Shown piece by piece: positions 13,101 through 24,775 of a stretch of DNA of 64,000 nucleotides. Under the pieces are notes generated by a model. The model searched no databases. It saw nothing but the letters and a program-made list of their open reading frames with translations, and had not been told where the DNA came from. Both the position numbers and the translations under genes were made by a program. Source of the DNA: Octopus sinensis (taxonomy: Eukaryota); the NCBI RefSeq assembly GCF_006345805.1, contig NC_042998.1:49290001-49354000 (forward strand). The letters run 5' to 3'. Positions within the stretch are counted from its first letter, which is position 1. The number at the start of each line of letters is the position of its first letter.

Positions 13101-16100
13101 TTGAAGCTATGAGATTAATTCAACATGATTAATTCAAAACAATGTGAATAAATAAGCATTACATATGACAGGGGGATCTGAATCCTAAGGAGTTAAGTAG
13201 ATAATTCAAATAAGGTATTTTCCATATTCTGAAACAACCTATCAATGCTTTTAGCTTATAACGAACTGATCTTTCAGTTTCTTCATTTTTTTCTTCTTCT
13301 CAGAATCAAACTATTTAATAATAGGTAGCAAATAATTTTTCTTCGAAGAAATCATAAAATAACTAATAGCACATGTTTAATATTTAGAACAACATATAAA
13401 AAAATCAATGTAGCAACATTTTGCATGTTACATACCAGAGTCCAGGGAAACTGGTGGCAGTCTGCACCAGTAAAAACAGTTAAAAAATTTCAGAAACATG
13501 AAGAACTTTGTATGCCATGAGTTCTAACATTTTGAGCAGGGCTCATCTGATCATGGTATTTAAACTCATCTAAATTAATGAATATGTATTGAAATAAGCT
13601 GATAAGACAGCGAAAGCCAAATACAAGAACATGTTATTCAATATCAACAAAGATAGAACCTGGTTTCTTGTAGAGGTGTATTTTTTAAAGTTAGGTGATT
13701 TTTAACAAGCAAAACAATAGCAGTTGGTTAGCCTAGTTTTACCAAAGTAGGGTAACAATTTCACAGCTTATATTTACTAGACAGTCTTTTGTACACATTA
13801 ATGAAGAATAATCTAAGCAGATTATCATTGGAAAATTATAGAATATCATATGATTAATAAAACTGGTTTTATTGGCCTCAATGTCTTTCCAATTCCACAA
13901 TATGTCAACAGAAACCACATTTCTAAACTATTTTCCAACCCCACTTAGCTTTCCTCCAAATCAGCCTCCAAATTTAACATTAATCTGTTAGAAAGTACAT
14001 CACTCTTTTGATAATGTTTGTATTCATAACCAAATATGCAATCTTTCTTAAACATAGAAAAAAGTCAACATGGCTCTAATTCTTATAGTATTTGGAAACA
14101 GTTTGCTGTATTTTTTCTGAATAAATAAATTTCACATGCCCTATACCATATCACACTCTCAAGTTTTCCATAAATCCACTCACCAAAAACCCACCAGAAC
14201 TTCTTAGGTAAAACTGTTTGAGAACAAGTCTTAAATGAAAGTTGACTATGTTTTAATATGAATCAGTAATAATAATAGTGTCAATTACTGGAGAAGAAAT
14301 AGCTGAGACTTCAACTCCCAATAATTATTGACAACAGCTCAAGTAAGAATCATAAGGAAATATGTTCTATTTAGGATCATGCTACTGTTGTACAGAGACA
14401 TCCTAGACTGGATCTAAAATAGGGGCCACCAACTGATTGGCATGTCTATGGGCTCCAATCTCTAGCCCATAGACATGCTATCTCTTCTCTTGTCTTTTCT
14501 ACTGCAACTGTAATGGCTTCTGCTCTCAAAGACAACTGGGCCCATGCTACTTCCATTCCAGCATTTCCAAACCATCTGTTTCTCCCCACCCTCCTCTTAT
14601 CCTTGAAATTGGTATAACGCATCAATCACTACGTCTAGTCCTTCTTGGAATGTCATCTAAGTTGCAATGGTTGAAGGGGGATCTTAATGGTATCAGTTTA
14701 ATCTGTCTTGGGAACCCTCCACAGTCAGTCATCTTTTCCTCCAAATCCTTCAAATTACCCCCCCCCCCAAAAAAAACACTCATGGAATAAGTAGCAGAAA
14801 TACCAGTTATAACAGTGCAATGAAATATACACAAACAATATAAACTAAAAAAAAAAGTTAGTTTTCTTAAAGTTTTATAACAATTGTAGCATTTTTAGAA
14901 TAATTGATCATATAAAACGAAATTGTGATTTAACTTACAGTGAAAGAAGATACAAATGGTTCCTGAATGTCAGATATCACATCATCAGATTCGTTTGGTA
15001 ATGATACATTCCTTCGTTTGAACAACTAATAAATGAAATAAGATTCAGAAAAGTTAATTTTTTTTTTTTTACAATTATTAACAATTTTGTAAAAAAAACA
15101 CACACACACAGACAGAGAGAGAGGGGCTACAATCTATTCATTGATATTATTCAATTTTTTAAAATATAGTTCAAATTTCAAGTTGCTAATGAAATAACTT
15201 ATACATTATGTTTAAGTATAATAATCTAAAATTTAAAAAAAAAATCTCTTTTGGTTTTCAAATTGTACAGACTTTGGCAAATGACGAAGAGCTTTATTTA
15301 CTCTGATCTGAGCTTTAATCTTGTAATGGGCAACTTGCATGATAGGCTTAATCTATCACTTAATCTATCACCACCATCTGACACCTGCAGTGCTTTTAGT
15401 GGAGTCCACTTTATTGAAAATAGTATGGCCAGATGTATGGTTTGAGGATACGTTCTTCCCTCCCTCCCGCTAGTCTCAGAGTATCTCAGGCATTGCCTTC
15501 TCTCCTGATCACAAAGATAATATATATATATATAAATATCAATCCCAGTGGTCTTTTTTGAGATACACCTTTACCCTAATTTTTTTAAGCATGTTTATAT
15601 AATTGCATTTATCCAAAATTTCATATGAAGTATCTTTTGTCAATGCTTATCAGTGAAAAAAAAAAACAATGCTGTTTGAATGAACATGTAATCAATGATG
15701 CTTTTGTTTATAAATGAGATATAAAATAAAAAAAAAATGAAGACATTTGTCTTGAATAGAATAATAGACTACTAATTTAGTTACACCACTGCACCACAAC
15801 CTCCCTCTCTCTCTCACACATACTTGCATATATAATCCAATAGGGAAACAGCATAAAAAAAATAAAAGTTTTAAGAGATTGTATTCCAAGTAAATTTTAC
15901 GTTAACACCAATATATGTATACTTTATGAGAAAATATTTCTTATTTCTTTATTGCCCACTAGGGGCTAAACATAGAGGGGACAAACAAGGACAGACAAAC
16001 GGATTAATTCGATTACATCAACCCCTGTGCGTAACTGGTACTTAATTTATCGACCCTGAAAGGATGAAAGGCAAAGTTGACCTCAGCGGAATTTGAACTT

Positions 16101-19100
16101 AGAACATAACGGCAGATGAAATATGGCAAAGCATTTTGCCCGGCATGCTAACGTTTCTGCCAGCTCGCTGCCTTTTTATGAGAAAATATTTCTAACAATT
16201 TTAACAGGAAACACTTTAATAATCTCACTGCTTTAAAGCTTGATGCAAAAAAAAAAAAAAAAAATGAAACTTTTCTGCAACACAAACAGCGATAGTGTTT
16301 TCCTATATATATGCTTTAAACTTTCTACAACTTAAAATATTTGCATGTATTAATGGAACAAGCAATTTAATATTTTGAAACATTCTTTATATCAGCTATG
16401 AGGTTTGCTTTTTCAGTTAAGTATGTGAACACATAAGACAGATGGCGATTATAAGATTTAAATATAGGCAAGTAGAGATCAATAAGCCAGTACTTTTAAC
16501 TGTGAGAGCTAAAAGTTAATATTTATAACACAATTAGTTTAGCAGTTGAGAAGCACATTTAACATATGTTTAACCTAAATGTTTTTAAAACCAACAGGAA
16601 ATCATTTTATAAGAAAAATTATTTATACTAATTACATTAAGAAGTCAAGTCAACATAACAGAACATAGATAACAGCTGTTATGTTGTAGAAACATGCTCA
16701 TAAAAAAAAAAATCTTCTCTAAGGAGAAATTAAAAGAAACTTTCACAATATCTAAAAGCATTCCTTCAAACAATTAAAAATAAATACATGAACTGTGCTC
16801 CTATAAAAACACAAGAGCATGGTAAGAAAAACATTGCAAAATAGGTTCGTTATGTGAAATGGATGGCTCACTAGTAACAGACAAGCACAAGGTATATGAG
16901 CCAATGAGGGAATATCTGTGGTTGCTCAAGCTATTATAAATACCAACCAAAACTCCCTCTAATCATATACTACCACCTACAAGAAGAAAGGAACATTGGA
17001 TAGTGATTGCATCGCTTAGACGAGATTCGTTGAGGGAGAATTTCTATGGCTGAAGGCTCTTCTTGTCACCAAAACCTATCTGTTTTCAAGCAAGGTAACA
17101 TTTTTCTCAGTCCATGTTTTCATGGAAGAATGCAAAACAAATGTTACGGTCAGTATGATGGTGAAGCTTGTTTAAAATTAGCACACGATGTCAAGACAAG
17201 ACATAAACATACACTTCAAGCTTCTTTTCAGTTGCCATTTACCAAATTCATTATTCATTCACAGAGTCTGGTGCTGTGCAGTGGGACTGAATCTGAAACC
17301 ATGTGGTTGCAAAGTGAATGTCTTAACCTAACAGCTATGTCTGCAACTGTGTGTGTGTGTGTGTCTATATAGGCAATATTAAATCTCTGGGTGAGATGTA
17401 AAGAGTAGCAATACGGAATCGTAACATATAACTGCCAACCAAATGTGGTGTCCTATACAGGACAGTACTACTGATGTTTATAGCCCCAGGAAGACATCTC
17501 TACCAGCTGGCTAACGACATACATTTTGTGTCCAATTAGCATTTGTGAGAGGAGGTCAGCACTCCCATCCCTAGCCTTACGTGATATAGATGAACTTGAG
17601 TTCATTTGTATCACATACGGCTAGGGATGGGAGTGCTGACATCCTCTCGCAAATGCTAATCAGACACAAAATGTGTGTTGTTAGCCAGCTGGTAGAGGTG
17701 TCTTCCTGGGGCTATAAACATCAGTTGCACTATCCCATATAGGACGTCACATTTGGTTGGCAGTTTTATGTATATATATATATACATATATATATGTATG
17801 TATGTATACACACACATGCATATATGGGTACAGGATGTCACCAATGGTGCAATATAAAATATGTAATAACATGAAATATGTAAACAATGAAAAAAAAAAA
17901 AAAGGGACAAGTTAACACAAAGAAAGGACCTTTCATCAGTTGTGGGCTGTATATCTGTTCCTCATTAATCTTTAGTTACAGTTTTTCATTCAAACTACAT
18001 AATAGATAGAATTCTCAGATTAAGACAGTAGGGTGTTTTGAGGGAAATTTGGCTGCTATTTCTACCAGGTCTAGCTACCATGTAGAGGTTTCCTTCATTG
18101 GCTCATACATACACATATACGTAAAATCGAAAAAAATACTTAAAGCAACAGTCATCAAATACAAAATCCAAGGTCCATGCAGTGTCATGAGCCAACAAAA
18201 TTTCCAACTTCATGTGTAATGCGAGCCCAGAGCAATCTCTTATCCCTTACACTATTTCAGTATTACGTTTCTATTGTAATGTGAGGTAATACTTTCAGTT
18301 TGAGAGAAGTCTGTCTCATATATATATATTATATATATATATATATTCCTTATGATTTCCGAAACCGAGTTACAGATTTTGACGTATGGGGTATCAAAAG
18401 GTTCAGTACTATTTCAGCTATAAATTAAACTGAATTACTCTCTTTTTTACTTGTTTCAGTCATTTGACTGTGGCCATGCTGGAGCACCTCATTTTGTTGA
18501 GCAAATCAACCCCAGGACTTATTCTTTGTAAGCCTAGTTCTTCTTATATCTGTCTCTTTTGCCGAACTGCTAAGTTACAGGGACATAAACTCACCGCCAT
18601 CGGTTTTCAAGTGATGTTGGGGTGACAAACACAAACACATATATATATATATATCATCATCATCATCATCATCCTCATTTAACGTCCGCTTTCCATGCTA
18701 GCATGGGTTGGACGGTTCAACCCGAAGGCTGCACCAGGCCAGTCAGATCTGGCAGTGTTTCTACAGCTGGATGCCCTTCCTAACGCCAACCACTCCGAGA
18801 GTGTAGTGGGTGATTTTATGTGCCACCGACACAGGTGCCAGATGAGGCTGGCGAACGGCCACGCTCGGATGGTGTTTTTTATGTGCCACCGACACAGGTG
18901 CCAGACGAGGCTGGCAGACGGCCACGCTCGGATGGTGTTTTTATGTGCCACCGACACAAGTGCCAGATGAGGCTGGCGAATGGCCACGATCGGATGGTGC
19001 TTGTTACGTGCCCACAGCACGGAGGCCAGTCGATGCGGTACTGGCTACGGCCACGTTCGGATGGTTTTCTTGTGTGCCACCGGCACTGGTACCACAAAGA

Positions 19101-19354
19101 TACAAATTCCATTGATGTTCATCTATTTTGATTTGGTTTGATTTTCACTTGCCTCAACAGGTCTTCACAACTGTCACACACTTGCCTCAACAGGTCTTCA
19201 CAAGTGTCACATACTTGCCTCAACAGGTCTTCACAAGTGTCATAAGAAGGAAGGTATGCACAGGTGGACTGACTACGTCCCAGGTAGGGCCCACGGGTTA
19301 TGGCCTGACTAGTCTTGCCGGGTCTTTGGATGGTGTTATATTATTATTATTAAT

Positions 19355-19385
<31 letters not shown>

Positions 19386-22300
19386 CACACATACATACAT
19401 ACACAACAGGCTTCTTTTAGTTTCTGTCTACCAAATCCAATCACAAGGCTTTGGTTGGCCCGAGGCTATAGTAGAAGACACTGCTCAAGGTGCCACGCAG
19501 TGGGACCAAACCTGGAACCAGCTACTTACCACACAGCCACTTTGCATTTCAAAAATATAACATAATCTTTTCCATAAATCAACTATTGTAAACATTTTAT
19601 ACGAAGACATCATATTGTCAATGTGTGTGCATACTGTAAAAGACATCAACCATCATGACACACACTTTCACTCACTCACTCTATCTCTCCTTTTTATTCT
19701 TTCTCTCTCACACACGTCCATTTCACATAGACGTACATACATCTTTCACTTTCTTTCTCTGTCCTTTTCACTTATTATGTTATTAAGGTTTGTTATCCAT
19801 CAATTATCCTTATTGAGAAAAAACACTCCAGGTCTATTAAAATGCGTAAAATTTTGAGGTTGATTTTCTCAATATACTTTATGCCCACACATGCTTCTAA
19901 ATGTTACTGCTTGTTCACAATTACGTTTATTTTTGTGCTGACAATATTGTGTCAAAATTTGTTTTTAAACGTTCTGGGGTTTTGTTGAGATACCATATTG
20001 AGAGCTTGCAAAAACCCATTGAGGTAATTTTTTGATTTCATTTGGTTAGGTTTTATTCAATTCCAGATTCCTTGATTGGATGCCTCGAGGAAGAAAGAGT
20101 AATCTTGGCAAAAAAACAAGACATACTTTTGCTATGCGTTCACAGCGTGCAAGCAAGACCGCTAAACAAGCTGACTGTTGGCATGCACATGATGCTGCCT
20201 CTATGTCGATGGCCAGAACTTCAGAAACACCTGAACAAGCTGACTGTTGGTGTGCATGCAATGCTGCCTCTATGTTGATAGCTAAAGTTTCAGAAACACC
20301 TGAACAAGATATCGGATTGCACGCGATGCTGCTTCCACATCAAATAGCCATGCTTTAGAGACTGCTGACCAACGGGCAACAAGGCTTGAAGCTGATTCTC
20401 AATGGAAAATACATCATCATGTCTTTCTGAGGATTTCTTTGTGTTGCTGGTCTAACAAGGCTTTTCATTACAGCCTCCAAGAGGACTACGCATCCCACCC
20501 ACATATCATCATTGGTAGCATGTCAACTATTTGCTTCGATTGTAACACAATGAGGTGGCCAGCAGAAACTGCTGGTATTTGCTGCTCCAATGGGATGGTT
20601 AGATTGCCTCATTTGAAAGTCGGTGCCGAATCTTTGACTTCCCTGCTTCTTGGTGACCAACCAGGTTCTAAACACTTTCTACGCAATATAAAAGCCTACA
20701 ATTCCGTTTTCCAAATGACCAGTTTTGGACATAAACCAATAAGAGAGGGAAATTACATGCCCACATTCAAATTACAAGGCCAAATTTACCATCAAATTGG
20801 CTCCCTTACTCCACATGATGGCAATGAACTCAATTTTCTTCAGATTTACTTTATGGGAAATGGCCCTGAGGAAACTGCACGAAGAGCCTCAATTGTTTCT
20901 GGAACACTAGCATCACTTCTACAGCCCCTTCAAAATATGCTTCATACCATTAACCCCTACATTACTATTTTCAAAACTGCTTTTCAGTGCAGAGATGCCA
21001 ATACTAATCATTTCAAGGCTGTCATTCGAGCTGATCATGCGCCACCAGGCCAGCAGCAGGGTTGTTTTAACAGACCCCAAACAGACGAGGTTGCTGTGCT
21101 TTTACGGGTCCCCATGAGTGCAACAAAACATGATATTGTTTTGAATGGCAGAATTCGCATCTCCAAAAAACAAACGAACTTAATCCTGCATATAATGCCA
21201 TCCAATATCCATTTCTTTTCCCTTTTGGTGATGATGGCTACTGCATTGACTTACCAAAGTGTAATCTGGTAACTTTAATGTATCTCCAACCATTGAAAAC
21301 TATTTCACAAATGGAATTTTATACATTTAGAATTATGGTTCACAAAGACAACATCAATATTCCGCAAAGAGTACAGATGCTCCTCAATCAATACTGTGTA
21401 GACATATTTGCTAAGGTAATTTTTGTTTCTTTTATGACTGTTATGGTAATTTCCAAAACCAGTTCTCAGATTATACAGCAAGAGTTTTTTTTCATTTTCC
21501 AGGTTGACACCAAATGTCTCCAATGGATTAGACACCATCAAAAGGAACTGTGTGCAGAAGAATACGGCAATCTATGAGATGAAGTCAACCAAAATGATCA
21601 GGTAATGGCTTCGGATGTTGGGCTTCCTGTCATTCTCCTATCATACACTGGAGGCCCCTATTACATGCATGAAAAAACACAGGATGCTCTTACCTATGTC
21701 CACCACTGTGGCTGTCCTGATCATTTGATCACCTTCACTTGCAATCCTAAATGGAGAGATATCTAGTCTCACCTATTTCCTGGCCCAAATCCATCAGACA
21801 GGCATGATATCATATCGAGAATGTTTCACCTTAAGCTTAAGAAAATGATGGATGGTATTAGGCATGGACAACTTTTTGGACCAGTATGGTGTTTCATGTA
21901 CAGCACTGAATGGCAGAAGAGAGGATTTCCATATGCCCATATTCTCCTTTGGCTTCAAAACATGCTCATGTCAACTGATGTTGATTTCAACTCAACCTCC
22001 TTCTTGCTAAAGTTCGCCAACATGGGCAGATAGCCATTGCAATGGCGTCTTCAGGAATAGCAGTCACACTGTTAGACGACAGAACAATCCACTCCACATT
22101 TAAGCTTCCTCTTAATATCAGTCATGTTGAAAATCCTTCAACCAACATAAGGAATAATTCTGATGAGGCTGTCGTCTTTCAAAAATGTATTGATAGTCTG
22201 GGATAAGGCAACACTGTTTCACAAGAATGTATTTGATGCCATCAATGCAACACGACAAGACTTGCGCTCCAGCTCCCAACTATTTGGTGGCATTGTTTTG

Positions 22301-24065
22301 CTTCTTGCTGGGGACTTTCATCAAACTCTTCCCATCGTCCTAGGTGATGAAATAGAAACTTGCATCAAACATTCTCATCTTTGGCATTTCGTCCAGACAA
22401 GAAAGTTAACCATCAACGTGCACGTGATTCTTTACCAACAAGTGGGTGATGATGACTTTGCTACAAACTTATTGGATGTTGGTAATGGGAACTTACCGAC
22501 GGACACAAATGGTTTGGCTGACATAAGTACCATTGGTAACTACGTCTCCGGCCACGAGGATCTTTGCAGAACAGTTTACCCCGACCTTTCAACAAACTAC
22601 ATCAGTCACCAATGGATGTGTGAAAGGGCCATTTTAGCTCCAACAAACGCCACTGTCCAAGTTCTTAACACGTGCCTCCTTCATCAACTTCCAACCTAGG
22701 AGCAAATCTACGTGTCCATTGATTCAATAATGGATCCAATGCAAGTAATGGTTTACCCAACAGAATTTTTAAACTCCCAAGAACCATCGGGAATGCCACC
22801 TCATAAACTCTGCCTCAGACTTGGAGGTTCAATTATTCTGAGAGACTTGGAACCTCCTCGACTTTGCAATGGCACCCAGTTAGTTGTAACCCAATTGTTG
22901 GATGATGTTATCGAGGCTAAAATCGAAACAGGTCAAGGGGCTGGTGACACAGTTTTCATTTCCTGAATACCACTAATTCCAACTGACTAAGTATTTCCAA
23001 TGAAAAGAGTACAGTTCCCCATATGTCTAAGCTTTGTCATGACCATCAACAAAGCCCAGGGGCAGTCACTCAAAGTGGTTGGGCTGGACTTCAGAACTCC
23101 ATGCTTTTCACATGGGTAGCTGTATGTAGGCTGGAAACTCGGCCAATCTATTTTACTACGCTCCCAGAGGATTGCGAACTGGAAGGGACTTAAAACATTA
23201 AAAATAAACATTCTCTTCCTCCTAGCAAATGAAGGAGATATGTAATAATCTACAAAGGAAAATCTTAGGACTCCTACCAAAGTGGGGGCATTAAAAGCCA
23301 TATAAACCTAAGGATTAATTGCCATTGAAGTTCCCTAAATACTACCATATTGTTCCTAGATACACACTAAGTACTGCCAGAGCTCCTTGATTCTTTATAG
23401 AAATAGAGTTTTAACTCTTTAGCATTTATACTGGCCATAATATTGTACTTGTGTTATGTTCAAAACTGGCCAAATAGTCTATTACATCTATGCTACAATG
23501 TCATACTAAAAGTAAACAATCCTAAAATCAAAATCTCAAAGCTACAAAACAATGCATGACTAATTCAAAACAATGTGAATAAATAAGCATTACATTTGAC
23601 TAATCTGAATGCTAAAGGGTTAAAGTTTCACGGAAGACTTGTATTTTCTTTAGTATAACATTTCAGCTGTACCAACGATTATACTTCGAGAAAAGCATAG
23701 GACTGTAATTGTAAAATCACCCAGACACAAAATGAATAGCATATAACAGGGTCAACAATGAGAGGGAACCAGCACACAGAACTGAAGTTGTGAGAAAAGG
23801 GGGAGGGGGAAATTAAAGAACAAAAAAGGGGGTCACAGACGAAAATGACTAAAAAAAAAAAAATGCTAGCCTCCAAAACTTCAACTAAAAATGTCCTGTA
23901 CTGCTGAGAAACAAAATTATTTTGATTACTCTTCTTGCAGTTGCAAAAGCCAACATTAAACTATATATACAATATAATTAAGCTAAAATTTTATAATTTT
24001 CAATTTCAGTACCAAAGTAGTTGTGCAGTCCAAAATTCTTAACTAAAAAGAATGGGGGCAGGAGA

Positions 24066-24108
<43 letters not shown>

Positions 24109-24254
24109 AAAACGAGTTTTACCTGCTCATCTCTCTTTTGTTTTCTGATTTGAATACCTTCTTCTTCACGACGTCTGCGTAGTTCTTGAGAATCCAAAGC
24201 TTTATTCTTGTATGACTTTATGCGATTACTGGCAGGACTAGAAGTATCAGCCAT
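1060..24254 (-). CDS. KPNA1: Importin subunit alpha, alpha-1 clade (co-orthologue of vertebrate KPNA1/5/6); 3'-partial, continues left of the window
   Basis: Minus-strand join of 24123-24254, 14939-15025, 12800-12896, 11214-11305, 6504-6635, 5700-5788, 4448-4547, 2702-2865 and 1060-1138 (972 nt, 324 codons). All introns are GT-AG and phases are consistent. IBB domain (KSYKNK...[23 protein letters not shown]) followed by ARM repeats ([59 protein letters not shown]). The EEEG and YKNK signatures are typical of the alpha-1 clade. Confidence 0.96.
1311..2623. mobile_element. TA-flanked non-autonomous Tc1/mariner-superfamily (pogo-like) element
   Basis: TA|CCGTAAAAACCCATGTAA ... TTACATGGGTTTTTATAG|TA. 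Both ends are shared in inverted orientation with 33018-33848. Confidence 0.75.
2702..2865 (-). CDS. KPNA1: Importin-alpha exon: [54 protein letters not shown](V)
   Basis: Acceptor tttcag, donor GT|gtaagt; 164 nt. Confidence 0.96.
3521..4110. mobile_element. SINE-A fragments (plus-strand head at 3521-3635; minus-strand deleted copy at 3915-4110)
   Basis: ggtgcaggagtgactgtgtggtaagaag...ggaaccttggacaagtgtc. Confidence 0.75.
4448..4547 (-). CDS. KPNA1: Importin-alpha exon: [33 protein letters not shown]
   Basis: Acceptor ctttag, donor AAG|gtaaac; 100 nt. Confidence 0.96.
5700..5788 (-). CDS. KPNA1: Importin-alpha exon: [29 protein letters not shown](Q)
   Basis: Acceptor ttctcag, donor CA|gtgagc; 89 nt; ends phase 2. 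Confidence 0.96.
5986..6206. mobile_element. TTAA-flanked piggyBac-like MITE, family 1
   Basis: TTAA|CCCTTTCATTAC ... GTAATGAAAAGG|TTAA. Confidence 0.75.
6504..6635 (-). CDS. KPNA1: Importin-alpha exon: [44 protein letters not shown]
   Basis: Acceptor tttcag, donor CAG|gtcatt; 132 nt. Confidence 0.96.
7205..7480 (+). mobile_element. Decayed RTE 3' ORF fragment
   Basis: Similar to 9760-10090 (tggttatgtgatgtggatggatgaggacagctgt...ggaacatgtggaagaggtaga). Confidence 0.75.
7490..7765 (+). mobile_element. Possible CR1/L2-type LINE 3' remnant (similar remnants at about 3270-3420 plus, 40400-40730 minus, 41185-41430 minus)
   Basis: Degenerate SxFxxFYYxxxCS-like and QGxxLG-like remnants, frameshifted; weak. 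Confidence 0.35.
7775..7955 (+). mobile_element. RTE 3' tail fragment
   Basis: gtggttggcattaggaagggca...catccaacccatgccag...gatgatgacgat. Confidence 0.75.
8006..10712 (+). mobile_element. Young 5'-truncated RTE-clade LINE: uninterrupted RT ORF to TGA at 10099, about 600-bp 3' UTR, (GAT)n tail
   Basis: RT motifs [65 protein letters not shown]; RTE-type C-terminus [10 protein letters not shown]...RGRPRKTW. No endonuclease domain. The first 42 aa of the ORF-track protein come from flanking DNA. Antisense in an importin intron. Confidence 0.93.
11214..11305 (-). CDS. KPNA1: Importin-alpha exon: (E)[30 protein letters not shown]
   Basis: Acceptor ttttag, donor CAG|gtaaag; 92 nt. Confidence 0.95.
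12306..12323 (-). CDS. Candidate 18-nt frame-preserving microexon of importin-alpha (turns LLSK-E-PNPP into LLSK-DLQIMPK-PNPP)
   Basis: Minus strand reads ttgctctctttattgcattcttctcag|ATCTTCAGATAATGCCGA|gtaagc. It lies in the phase-1 intron, adds no stop, and has a 48-nt AG-free tract upstream. No transcript evidence is available. Confidence 0.5.
12800..12896 (-). CDS. KPNA1: Importin-alpha exon: [32 protein letters not shown]
   Basis: Acceptor atatag, donor AAAG|gtgatt; 97 nt; ends phase 1. Confidence 0.94.
14939..15025 (-). CDS. KPNA1: Importin-alpha exon: [29 protein letters not shown]
   Basis: Acceptor attag, donor ACT|gtaagt; 87 nt; contains the autoinhibitory KRR motif. Confidence 0.93.
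15942..16174 (-). mobile_element. tRNA-derived SINE family B, full length, 19-bp TSD
   Basis: TSD tttatgagaaaatatttct at 15923-15941 and 16175-16193; A-box tggcagaaacg, B-box aagttcaaattcc; central gcctttcatcctttc.gggtcgataaattaagtaccag. Confidence 0.9.
17424..17771. repeat. 348-bp near-perfect palindrome (fold-back element)
   Basis: Arms of about 173 bp; centre aact-tg-agtt at 17593-17602. Confidence 0.9.
18440..19540 (-). mobile_element. SINE-A split into a 3' half (18440-18640) and a 5' half (19380-19540) by an RTE tail
   Basis: The halves are collinear with 518-911. Confidence 0.8.
18655..19340 (-). mobile_element. RTE 3' UTR copy inserted into the central microsatellite of a SINE
   Basis: (CAT)n tail at left, about 62-bp internal repeats and a 33-bp triplication at about 19146-19242; flanked by the two halves of one SINE-A. 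Confidence 0.85.
20080..23160 (+). mobile_element. Decayed Helitron RepHel gene (many stops and frameshifts, internal deletion)
   Basis: N-terminal 69-bp repeats; C..C.....ET..ICCSNG.V.LP; FQMTSFG; [16 protein letters not shown]; ITFTCNP.W; HUH motif [16 protein letters not shown]; Pif1 motifs [59 protein letters not shown]. Confidence 0.92.
23415..23619. mobile_element. TTAA-flanked piggyBac-like MITE, family 2 (other copies at about 2930-3105, 12982-13192, 25010-25220, 30503-30725, 38826-39035)
   Basis: TTAA|CTCTTTAGCATT ... AATGCTAAAGGG|TTAA; shared core aattcaaaacaatgtgaataaataagcatt. Confidence 0.75.
24068..24105. repeat. A38 run (U-rich tract just downstream of the importin exon donor)
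   Basis: Counted directly from the sequence. Confidence 0.95.
24123..24254 (-). CDS. KPNA1: Importin-alpha first recognisable coding exon (IBB): [44 protein letters not shown]
   Basis: Acceptor ttttgcag directly before the ATG; donor CAG|gtaaaa; 132 nt; phase 0. Confidence 0.95.
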
Positions 24255-24627
24255 CTGCAAAATGTAATTAATTTAAAGAAGTTTAACAACAGTTTGGAAG
24301 GATAATTGAGTGTAAGTATTATTATTGCAATAAATTCATGTATCTTTACAAAAAAACAAACACAAATGAAACAGTACATATTAAATGTTTTGCAGTAAAA
24401 CAAAACATTAAGCATGTACTTAAAATATAATTTATATAATTCTATATATAACATAAACACATGAACTGCCTGGGGAGAGAATAGTTAATTCAAATTAACT
24501 GCTTTTTAAAGAGGACACTATCACTACTTCTCATCAGGTGTCGATTGTTAGCCATAGTGGAACAGAAAATATGTATAGATTTTAATATGCATAAAAAGAA
24601 TTTTATTATTAACTCTAAAATCATATA

Positions 24628-24775
24628 CATCATCATCATTGTTTAACGTCCGTTTTCCAAGCTGGCATGGGTTGGACAGTTTGATTGAGGTCTGGAGAGC
24701 CAGCAGCTGCACCAGGCTCCAATCTGATCTGGCAATGTTTCTACAGCTGGATGCCCTTCCTGACACCAACCAAGT
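24628..24775 (-). mobile_element. RTE 3' tail fragment
   Basis: catcatcat tgtttaacgtccg...ggatgcccttcctgacaccaacc. Confidence 0.8.

Noticed and set aside
18820-19090. CRISPR-like repeat array (also 45490-45690 and 52910-53110)
   Set aside because: The inter-repeat segments are homologous to each other rather than unique spacers; the arrays lie inside RTE 3' UTRs in a eukaryotic locus with no cas genes.
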